A stretch of DNA of 64,000 bases from Candidatus Kapaibacterium sp. (GTDB taxonomy: Bacteria; Bacteroidota; Ignavibacteria; Kapaibacteriales; UBA2268), in contig OY762428.1 in the NCBI GenBank assembly GCA_963665665.1, positions 2,016,001-2,080,000 of the forward strand. Direction: 5' to 3'. A model generated the notes under the pieces. The model saw only the letters and a list, made by a program, of their open reading frames with translations. It made no database searches and was not told the origin of the DNA. Both the position numbers and the translations under genes were made by a program. Of this stretch, positions 10,694 through 18,949 are shown in pieces. The stretch's first letter is position 1. The number at the start of each line of letters is the position of its first letter.

Positions 10694-11398
10694 ATGGAAA
10701 AAGAAGTTTATTACAAAGAATTAAGCAACGAACAGGTAGCTGATGCTCAGCGTGCATTTCTTACAAAAGTATATTCCTGGATGGTTGGTGGGCTTGGAAT
10801 TACTACCCTTACGGCATGGTGGGCAAATTCAAGCGGGCTTGACGTTAGTATAGCGCTTGGCGGATACTCACTGTTCCTGATAATACTTCAATTCGGATTG
10901 GTATTTGCACTTAGCGCAGCAATTAATAAAATGAGCCAGACAGTAGCAATGATCTCATTTATTGCCTATTCATTTCTTACAGGGCTTACTTTTTCTGTAA
11001 TTTTGATGGCCTATACCACAGAAGCAATATATAATACATTTTTAGTTACTGCATCTATGTTTGGCGCCTTAAGTTTATACGGATTCGTGACGAAAAAGAA
11101 CCTGTCGGGCCTCGGGTCATTTATGTTCATGGGGCTAATCGGCATCATTATTGCTGCTGTATTGAATATGTTCATTGCCTCATCGGCATTGGGCTTTGTA
11201 ATTAATGTGATTGGCGTCGTCGTTTTCGCGGGCCTTACCGCTTACGACACTCAGCGGCTTAAAGAAATGCACTACCTTATGTTGCAAGGAGAAGAAATTG
11301 CAACAAAAGGGGCTATTCTCGGCGCTCTGAGGCTTTATCTTGATTTTATTAATTTATTCCTGCTCCTGCTCTCATTCTTCGGAGGCAGCAGGGATTAA
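10694..11398 (+). CDS. Bax inhibitor-1/YccA family membrane protein
   Basis: FLTKVYSWM, TAYDTQRLK, GALRLYLDFINLF; ~7 TM helices. Confidence 0.92.
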   Translation: MEKEVYYKELSNEQVADAQRAFLTKVYSWMVGGLGITTLTAWWANSSGLDVSIALGGYSLFLIILQFGLVFALSAAINKMSQTVAMISFIAYSFLTGLTFSVILMAYTTEAIYNTFLVTASMFGALSLYGFVTKKNLSGLGSFMFMGLIGIIIAAVLNMFIASSALGFVINVIGVVVFAGLTAYDTQRLKEMHYLMLQGEEIATKGAILGALRLYLDFINLFLLLLSFFGGSRD

Positions 11399-11415
11399 AA
11401 ACAAACGAATAATAT

Positions 11416-12543
11416 ATGAGTGAAATTTCTCCTTTGTTTGCCGTGGAAGCCGAACAGCTTATGCTGGCCGGTGAAGTTGACGAGGCAGTGCGATTATGCC
11501 TTGAAGGCCTTGATGTGTACCCGGGATATTCGGCAGCCTACCTGATACTGATCAGATCCTTCAGGGAAAAAGGCAAATATGATGATGCGATGGATATTAT
11601 TCGCAAGGCAGAGGAGAAATTTCCACGAAACCCCGGTATTATTGCCCTGAAATCCGAACTAAGATCTGCAAGTAAAGAAATATCAACACCAGCTCTTGAC
11701 CCGGAAAATGCTTCTGAAACCAGCAATAATACAAATAAAGAAAATATTAGTCTATCTGAAGGAATTGAAGAAAACCAGAATTCCGAAAGTTTTAAAAAAG
11801 TAAAAAATCAATCTTCTGATGAAATCATCCCAGTCATTGATGAAGATACGGCCAAAACTGATGAAGATGTAATTGCTGAAACGGATAATGAAAAAGAAGA
11901 GCCCGTTGATTTTGAGGATAAGGTGATTGAAAACGATGCCGATTTTGATGTTGATGCCATTAGTAAAAAATTTGAAACCCAAAAAGAATCCGATAAAACA
12001 ACCAAAGGCCTGCCACTTTCGATACTTCTTGATATTGATCCCGGGGAACAATACGAAAGTTCGAAAACAATTAAACATGATGATCCCAACCTGATACCGG
12101 GAATTGATTTCTCTCCCCTTGGAATTAGTACAGATAATATTACAATACCCGAGCTAAAAAGCACTCCTGTGTTTTTTCCTCCTTTCCCTGAGTTTTCAAG
12201 GGGTGATTTTGATCTTGGGGGCGTGGATACTCTTTCTACTGTTAAAAGGGCGGATAATGAAGACAGCATTCCTACCACCCTTTCCGGTCCTTCACAAACA
12301 ATTGAAGAATTGGCCCGCAGGCTGGAAAGCCTGAAAAAAGAAGGCAGCTCCGATATTAAACTACCTGAATCCGAATTGAAAAAACCTGTTGTTACTGAAA
12401 CCATTGCTGATATATTTATCAGCCAGGGGCTTTATGATGCTGCAATAGATGCTTTCAATGAATTGATAACAAGTTACCCGGACAAAAAAGAATATTTCAT
12501 AAGCAGAATATCTGAAACAAGAGAATTGCAAAATCCTTGCTGA
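11416..12543 (+). CDS. TPR-containing protein with acidic disordered middle
   Basis: N-terminal TPR-like helices; C-terminal VTETIADIFISQG..AI..F..L...YP TPR-like repeat. Confidence 0.65.
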   Translation: MSEISPLFAVEAEQLMLAGEVDEAVRLCLEGLDVYPGYSAAYLILIRSFREKGKYDDAMDIIRKAEEKFPRNPGIIALKSELRSASKEISTPALDPENASETSNNTNKENISLSEGIEENQNSESFKKVKNQSSDEIIPVIDEDTAKTDEDVIAETDNEKEEPVDFEDKVIENDADFDVDAISKKFETQKESDKTTKGLPLSILLDIDPGEQYESSKTIKHDDPNLIPGIDFSPLGISTDNITIPELKSTPVFFPPFPEFSRGDFDLGGVDTLSTVKRADNEDSIPTTLSGPSQTIEELARRLESLKKEGSSDIKLPESELKKPVVTETIADIFISQGLYDAAIDAFNELITSYPDKKEYFISRISETRELQNPC

Positions 12544-12547
12544 GCAA

Positions 12548-13474
12548 TTATTTCCCGAGTATCATTCTGCCGTCTGTTACAGGTTTATCATCACCGGCAA
12601 AATACAATTCCAGATTATAGCCTATTTTATCAACAATTCCTGATCTTATTAATTCCCTGTCCCCGCCGGACGGATCGGTATAAATACTGGCAAATTTACC
12701 AGGGGCAACGGACATATCCCGGTATTTGCCTAACATATTCTTATACCCGTTCTGAAGCAGTGCCTGATAATTTTGTTCAAGTTTATTCAGAAGTATCCTA
12801 AGCGATGTTGATACATTAGTTTTTTCTTTCATAAAATCATTTATACAGGCTGCTGCAGGCACATAGCTGTCGGTAATAACCTCCGGCGCCATTTCCACAT
12901 TAACTCCTATCCCGAGTATCGCGGCATTTACAATATTTCCCATAAGTTTTGCCTGTGCCAGTACCCCGCTTACTTTATTTCCTTCTATCAGAACATCGTT
13001 TACCCATTTGATGCCGGCATTTTTTTCCATCCCGGGAAAATCATTTATCATTTCAGCCACGGAAACAGCAGACAGCATAATAAATCCGAGGCTTAAATTT
13101 TCAATTTCACGGTTCGGGGCAAGATAAGCAGATAAGTGTATATTGCCTCCGAGGCTTTCCCAGTACCTGTTCCTGTAACCGTGAAATTCCCTGCCCTTGT
13201 CTGCAAGGCAAATAATATTACCGGGAAATTCCGTTTTTGATGATTCTTCTATCAGGATATCATATTGCGATCTTTCAGCAAAATCTGTTATGAAAGCATA
13301 ATCCCATATACCAGGAAATTCAATGTCTGAATTATATATTTTGTCCGAATCAAGCAATCCCGAACACAAAGAAGCAATGGGATTATCGATCATATCCGGG
13401 TTTGTTCCTGCCCATTTTGTTCTAAGGCCAAGAATTTTTTCTGCGTATATGCGGCTGTCTGTGTAAACTATCAT
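12548..13474 (-). CDS. Biotin protein ligase-like protein (BPL/LplA fold), divergent, no HTH
   Basis: R.WES..GNIHLS, IKWVNDVLIEGNKVSGVL, LGIGVNV motifs. Confidence 0.75.
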   Translation of the reverse strand: MIVYTDSRIYAEKILGLRTKWAGTNPDMIDNPIASLCSGLLDSDKIYNSDIEFPGIWDYAFITDFAERSQYDILIEESSKTEFPGNIICLADKGREFHGYRNRYWESLGGNIHLSAYLAPNREIENLSLGFIMLSAVSVAEMINDFPGMEKNAGIKWVNDVLIEGNKVSGVLAQAKLMGNIVNAAILGIGVNVEMAPEVITDSYVPAAACINDFMKEKTNVSTSLRILLNKLEQNYQALLQNGYKNMLGKYRDMSVAPGKFASIYTDPSGGDRELIRSGIVDKIGYNLELYFAGDDKPVTDGRMILGK

Positions 13475-13595
13475 TATTTCAATCCATGGAAATTATCAAA
13501 ATTAAATAATTTCATTATAAAAAATGCTTTTGATTTTTCATTTTAAATATTTATTATTACAAACCGTGAAAAAGAAAACGATTGGAGTTTTTAAG

Positions 13596-14717
13596 ATGGC
13601 AAAGCAAAAGACCGATTTTCTTCCTGCAGAAAGAACAGACAACGCATTGTTGGATATTCAGGCCAAAGATATGTCAAATATCAAAAACCTGAAGGAAATA
13701 TCCAAAGCAATACCGGATGTATTCATGATACTTAACCAGGAAAGGCAAATAGTGTTTTCGAACCAGGCTATGTTTGACTTTCTTAATGTAAAAGATGAAA
13801 AAGAAGTTTGCGGCCTCAGGCCAGGAGAAGCTTTTTCCTGCGAGAAAGCTTTTATCGACAAAGGCGGGTGCGGAACAACAGAATTCTGCCGGACATGCGG
13901 GGCAGCACAGGCAATTGTTAACAGCATGAAGGGAAAAGCCGATGTGCAGGAATGCAGGATTATACGTAAAGAAAACGGAGACCCCCTTGACCTTAGGGTT
14001 TGGACTACTCCTTTCAAACATGAAGGTAATGACTATACCATATTTTCTATAAAAGATATAAGTAATGAAAAGCGCAGGCGTGTTCTGGAAAGGCTGTTCT
14101 TCCATGATATTATCAATACGGCAGGAGGCCTGAAAGGCTTTGCTTCACTTCTTAAGGATTTCCCCGAGGATGTTGCCGAATACAAAGATATTATTTTTAT
14201 GCTCTCGGAAAAGATAATTGATGAAATTCAAATGCAGAAATTGATTTCATCTGCCGAGAACGGAGACCTGGTGCTTTCACTGCTTACTGTAAATACCAAA
14301 ATGCTGCTTTCCGAATTAGAAGATACTTACAGAAAACACGAAGTTGCAGACGGGAAATATATACACTTAGACAGATCCACTGCTGATGTGAGTTTTGAAT
14401 CCGACCCTACCCTGTTGCGAAGAGTTCTTGGCAATATGATTAAAAATGCCCTGGAAGCATCCGAGTATGGTGATACCGTAACAATTAAAGCTGATAATAC
14501 CGACGGCGCTGTCCTGTTCTCTGTTAACAATCCGGCCGTGATGCCGAGAAATGTTCAGCTCCAGGTATTCCAGAGGTCATTTTCAACAAAAGGAGGAGAC
14601 AGGGGGCTGGGAACCTACAGCATGAAATTACTTGGCGAAAAATTCCTGAAAGGCAAAGTCTGGTTTGATACCGAAGAAGGAAAAGGAACCACTTTCTACC
14701 TGCATTTGGATATTTAA
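13596..14717 (+). CDS. PAS-domain sensor histidine kinase
   Basis: PAS-like N-terminus with Cys cluster; H-box FFHDIINT; N-box NMIKNALEA; FSTKG..RGLGTY; GGAG RBS before ATG 13596. Confidence 0.88.
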   Translation: MAKQKTDFLPAERTDNALLDIQAKDMSNIKNLKEISKAIPDVFMILNQERQIVFSNQAMFDFLNVKDEKEVCGLRPGEAFSCEKAFIDKGGCGTTEFCRTCGAAQAIVNSMKGKADVQECRIIRKENGDPLDLRVWTTPFKHEGNDYTIFSIKDISNEKRRRVLERLFFHDIINTAGGLKGFASLLKDFPEDVAEYKDIIFMLSEKIIDEIQMQKLISSAENGDLVLSLLTVNTKMLLSELEDTYRKHEVADGKYIHLDRSTADVSFESDPTLLRRVLGNMIKNALEASEYGDTVTIKADNTDGAVLFSVNNPAVMPRNVQLQVFQRSFSTKGGDRGLGTYSMKLLGEKFLKGKVWFDTEEGKGTTFYLHLDI

Positions 14718-14720
14718 TTT

Positions 14721-14921
14721 GTTTATACTCCGTTTAAAGGAAAAATATGTTAAATATTTTAAAAAATAAAAAAATGTCATTCTGAGCGCCAGCGAAGAAT
14801 CCATTCTTAATATTTTTATACTAAAACAAGTGGATTCTTCAGTCGCTTCGCTCCGTCAGAATGACAATTTTACAATTATTCTTTTCAAAACAGAATAATA
14901 TCATCTTAGCTGAGTAGTAAC
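14721..14921 (+). repeat. ~200-bp MITE/REP-like element with internal palindrome (copy 1)
   Basis: Core hairpin GTCATTCTGA...TCAGAATGAC (14776-14865); closely similar inverted copy at 54483-54683. Confidence 0.8.
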
Positions 14922-14957
14922 TTTAATTTTATTCCATACTCAAAAACAATAAAAAAC

Positions 14958-14997
14958 AGCGCTGCTGTCTTCACCTGTAAAAGAAGACAGCAGCGCT
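14958..14997 (-). terminator. adk terminator
   Basis: AGCGCTGCTGTCTTC / GAAGACAGCAGCGCT perfect stem; A-run on + gives a U-tail on -. Confidence 0.75.
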
Positions 14998-15018
14998 TTA
15001 GTAAATCAGGCCGGAATA

Positions 15019-15669
15019 TTATTTGAATTTATCCAGCACTTCGCAAAATCGGTTGAATACATCATCAAGAGCACCAACTCCGTCAACTTTTACAGCAATA
15101 CCTTTATCTGTGTAATAACCTATAAGCGGCATTGTTTGCTTTTCGTATACTTCCAGCCTGTTCCTGATAGGGCCTTCGTGGTCGTCATCCCTTTGGATAA
15201 GCGCAGACCCGCAGGCATCGCAGATGTTTTCCTTTTGCGGCGGCTTAAATATCAGGTGATATGATTTCCCACAGTTCGTGCAAGTACGGCGTGCAGTAAG
15301 CCTGCTGACAAGTTCCTCGTTCGGAACTTCAAGCACCAGTGTAGAATCTAATTTCTGGCCCATTTCTTCAAGAAGTTTATCCAAAGCTTCTGCCTGCGGG
15401 ATAGTACGCGGGAAACCATCAAGGATATAACCGTTTGCCATTTCGGGTTTTCCCAGTTCATCCCTTATCATATTGATGATCACTTCATCGGGAACAAGAT
15501 TTCCGCCATCAATATATTTTTTGGCGAGTGCTCCCAGTTGAGTTCCTCCCTTGATATTTGCCCTTAGTATATCGCCTGTGGAAAGCTGGATAATACCATA
15601 TTTTTGGGTAATTCGTTCTGCCTGTGTTCCTTTGCCGGCACCCGGAGGGCCTAAAAAAATCAACCTCAT
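15019..15669 (-). CDS. adk: Adenylate kinase (Zn-lid type)
   Basis: GPPGAGKGT, STGDILR, LDGFPRT, lid CTNC...CDAC, QRDDD. Confidence 0.97.
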   Translation of the reverse strand: MRLIFLGPPGAGKGTQAERITQKYGIIQLSTGDILRANIKGGTQLGALAKKYIDGGNLVPDEVIINMIRDELGKPEMANGYILDGFPRTIPQAEALDKLLEEMGQKLDSTLVLEVPNEELVSRLTARRTCTNCGKSYHLIFKPPQKENICDACGSALIQRDDDHEGPIRNRLEVYEKQTMPLIGYYTDKGIAVKVDGVGALDDVFNRFCEVLDKFK

Positions 15670-16787
15670 GCCAATTCCTCATTGTATTATTAATAATTCA
15701 ATTGTCCGCTCTCTTTTTCGGCGGTTTAGTCCTGAGGCCACAGCTCTTGGTCTCTTCAAAAAAGCTTTAACTGTCTTTTCCGTCTTCTCGATTTCAAGTG
15801 ATTAAACAAATAAAAAAAAACAATAAAGGCAATATTTATTTTCATTCATACTGGAAAAAAATATTTGGCTGTAACCAGTATGTGGATTATTTCACGGCAA
15901 TTCCTTATAAATCGAAATATTATTACAATTGTATTATGCCCGCCCCGCCCCGATGCATTTTAAGATCACGCAGTGATATGGAAAATCCGGCTCAGGTTAG
16001 GCCGGATTCATAACAGAAAATCCATCCTGAAGTATAATTTACGGAATTTCCTGCTCAGGAATGAAAGATCACCAAGCCTTATATCCCCAACCCGCCCTGA
16101 TCTATCATTCTTTGGCCTCAGGCAATAGTTGTGCCTTATCACTTCAAAGAAGTTCAGCATCATAAACACGAATATTTTGATAAATATATTGATTACATGG
16201 AATTATACATCCATAGCCGGATATATTGAAGCAATCTCAGGCCACATTAAACCGACATCGGACCACGCTATACGCTTCATGGACATCATTGAAAGATTCC
16301 CTGACCGTATAATAGCAAAGGTTTGCCATAAAATCAGAATATTTTGCCTAACTGCCTGCTTGCTTAGCCCATAAGAAAACCCGTTTTGCCTAATTAATTG
16401 CATTTTTTAAATAAAACCCCGGAAGGTAAGCCTGAAAACCACCTATAGATTATATTAATAATTAAATATCTAATCCAATATATTATATATTATACTAATA
16501 TTATTAAATATCAAGTATTTATAATTAAATATATAATATATTCAAGCCTTGATATAGTTTATCTAACAAAACTTTTAATATATCTTATTAAATATTTTAT
16601 ATAACTAATAATTTATCCTTTATATTCAATAAATTCAATTTTATAAACTAATAAATATATGCCGTAAAGTATTAAATAATCAGTTTGTCTATTTAATTAG
16701 CCGGACTGATTGAACGGCTTCCTTTAAAAAAAACAGCGATTTAAGGTGAAATAATCTTAACTTGCAAAAAATCAAAAGGAGCATCAA

Positions 16788-17075
16788 ATGGCAAACAAAC
16801 GAAGAAATTACAGTTCAAAATTCAAAATGCAGGTAGCCCTGGAGGCAGTCCAAGAGAGAAAAACAATAACCGAGCTGGCATCGGAGTACGGGGTTCATCC
16901 AAACCAGATAAGCATGTGGAAAAAGCATTTAAAAGAAAGTGAAAAGGAAGTATTTGAAAACAAGCGTGGGCCAGGGAAGAATAAAAAAGAAAAAGACGAA
17001 TCAGTATTATATGAAGAAATAGGCCGGCTAAAAATTGAATTAGACTGGTTAAAAAAAAAATTGGGACGTGAGTAA
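16788..17075 (+). CDS. IS3 transposase OrfA (HTH)
   Basis: RRNYSSKFKMQVALEA..ELASEYGVHPNQISMWKK; A10 slippery run at 17051-17060. Confidence 0.9.
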   Translation: MANKRRNYSSKFKMQVALEAVQERKTITELASEYGVHPNQISMWKKHLKESEKEVFENKRGPGKNKKEKDESVLYEEIGRLKIELDWLKKKLGRE

Positions 17076-17913
17076 AGAAGAACGCAGGAAGATGGTAGAT
17101 GCTGATAATAAAGAAATTAGCATAAGCCGGCAGTGCGAGCTTTTGGGTATTAGCAGGAGCTGTTATTATTACAAACCCAAGGGTGAAAGTGAAGCAAATA
17201 TTCTATATATGAAGCTGATCAAAGAACAATTCGCGATTACTCCATTTTATGGAGCCAGAAAAATGACAGCACACTTACGTTCTTTGGGATACCATGTTAA
17301 CTATAAACGAATCAGGCGATTAATGAAATTATTGGGACTTCGGGCAATATATCCCCAACCGGACACGAGCAAACCGAACAAGGAGCACAAAATTTATCCA
17401 TACCTGTTGAGGGATATGAAAATAAGTCGTCCGGATCAGGTTTGGAGCCTGGATATAACATATATTCCGATGCGTAAAGGATTTATGTATCTTATAGCAA
17501 TTATAGATGTTTATAGCAGGTATATCGTCGACTGGGAATTATCGAATAACCTTGAGAAGGAGTTCTGCATAGATACAATAAAAAGGTCTTTGAAAACCAG
17601 GAAACCGGAAATAACAAACACGGATCAGGGCAGTCAGTTCACGAGCAATGATTTTGTGAAAACGATTCTGGATGCTGATGTTAAGGTAAGCATGGACGGC
17701 AAGGGCCGCGCCTTGGACAATGTTTACATAGAACGCTTCTGGCGGAGCTTTAAATACGAAGACCTGTATCTGAAGTCTTACGAAGACGGAAAAGAGCTCT
17801 ATGGCGGTATAAAGGCTTATGTCGATTGGTATAACAACACGAGGCCGCACGCAGGAATTGAATACCAGATTCCGGCTGAAAAATATATGAACGAACAGCG
17901 GTTCGTTAATTGA
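17068..17913 (+). CDS. IS3 transposase OrfB (DDE integrase core)
   Basis: WSLDITY, NTDQGSQF, DNVYIERFWRSFKYE, YNNTRPH; -1 frame relative to OrfA. Confidence 0.92.
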   Translation: MSKEERRKMVDADNKEISISRQCELLGISRSCYYYKPKGESEANILYMKLIKEQFAITPFYGARKMTAHLRSLGYHVNYKRIRRLMKLLGLRAIYPQPDTSKPNKEHKIYPYLLRDMKISRPDQVWSLDITYIPMRKGFMYLIAIIDVYSRYIVDWELSNNLEKEFCIDTIKRSLKTRKPEITNTDQGSQFTSNDFVKTILDADVKVSMDGKGRALDNVYIERFWRSFKYEDLYLKSYEDGKELYGGIKAYVDWYNNTRPHAGIEYQIPAEKYMNEQRFVN

Positions 17914-18409
17914 AAACTTTGTTGGAAAAGTGAAAAAATGCAATCCGGTAAGCAATTGATAAAAAAAGAAATAGAAAGGAGAGTGAAAGTTATCCACAAT
18001 TTCCAGGTTGTTAACAAAAAGAAAAAAAAGTAGCAAAAAAAAGAAAAATTAATATTATTACATATTTTTTTCTTATTTTATTAGAGAAGAAGTATAGATT
18101 AATAAACACCATAAACTATACTTTTATTTGTCTAAGCAATAGGGAGCATTTCAGATTATTTGCTTAGAAGCTTAATATATTCTATAATTCGATCTTGATA
18201 TTTTATAAAATCTAAAGAAGAATTGATAAAAAGCTTAGAATTATCGTTTGGATAAAGTGATATTTTAATTGATTATATTATTAATTTTATTAATCGATAT
18301 GATTATTTAGTATTTCAATAAATATATTTAATACAAATACTTATTTTATTAATAATTTTAATAATGTATTTTATTAATTGTCTTTGTTAAATAAAATATT
18401 AAGGCAGGC

Positions 18410-18661
18410 ATTCCGAATTCTGATGCAGAATAAGAAAATAACACAACAGAAATTCCGGATTCTGATGCAGACAAAGCAGATAATATGGCAGGTATTCCCT
18501 ATTCTGATGCCGAATAAGAAAATAATATAACGGACATTCCATATTCTGATACAAACAAAGCAGGTAATATGGCAGGCATTCCGGATTCTGATGCCGAATA
18601 AGAAAATAATACACCGGACATTCCTCATTCTGATGCAGACAAAGCAGATAAATAGGCAAGA
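18410..18661 (+). repeat. Tandem repeat, six 42-bp units alternating A/B (84-bp higher-order period)
   Basis: ATTCCnnATTCTGAT starts at 18410, 18452, 18494, 18536, 18578, 18620. Confidence 0.9.
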
Positions 18662-18949
18662 GTTCCGTAATAGAAACTGCCGCTTTCTTGAAATTCCGCC
18701 ACTTAATATTTCCACAACATAAAACATATTGATTTTCATCCGTATCAGGCTTCTCCCGGGAAGGAATTTCCCTGTAAGCTTATACTTTTGGATTATTCTT
18801 GTTTTGTGAAATAATTTAATTTCGCGGCCTGTCCAAAATATTATACATCAATGCATTATTCCCAACTAAGAATCCCGTTTTTGAAAAAAAATCCTTAAAT
18901 TGCAAAAAATCTATATTAGGCATTTTTAACGAATTAGAGATTTTCATCT

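Larger units (their letters stand above)
16711..18153 (+). mobile_element. IS3-family insertion sequence
   Basis: Ends TGAACGGCTTCCT.. and ..AGGGAGCATTTCA (imperfect TG..CA IRs); 3-bp direct repeat GAT at 16708-16710 and 18154-18156; orfA/orfB inside. Confidence 0.88.

Noticed and set aside
15670-15795. Selenocysteine/readthrough N-terminal extension of adk
   Set aside because: The in-frame upstream segment is bounded by TAA with no start codon, and adk has its own GAGGA RBS and a normal N-terminus
15798-16403. Short ORFs in the adk-IS spacer
   Set aside because: Short, mutually overlapping, with no motifs or clear initiation signals
18410-18661. CRISPR array
   Set aside because: Segments between the conserved cores are themselves repeated (A/B alternation) rather than unique spacers; no cas genes in the window
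15881-18716. oriC call from DnaA boxes
   Set aside because: The only perfect TTATCCACA (17990-17998) lies inside the IS; other matches are imperfect and not clustered; no dnaA/gidA/parAB nearby
18374-18739. Minus-strand Cys/Ile-rich repeat ORFs (121 aa and 86 aa)
   Set aside because: Probable by-products of the tandem repeat; no RBS or family signature, and the substitution pattern fits the + frame better
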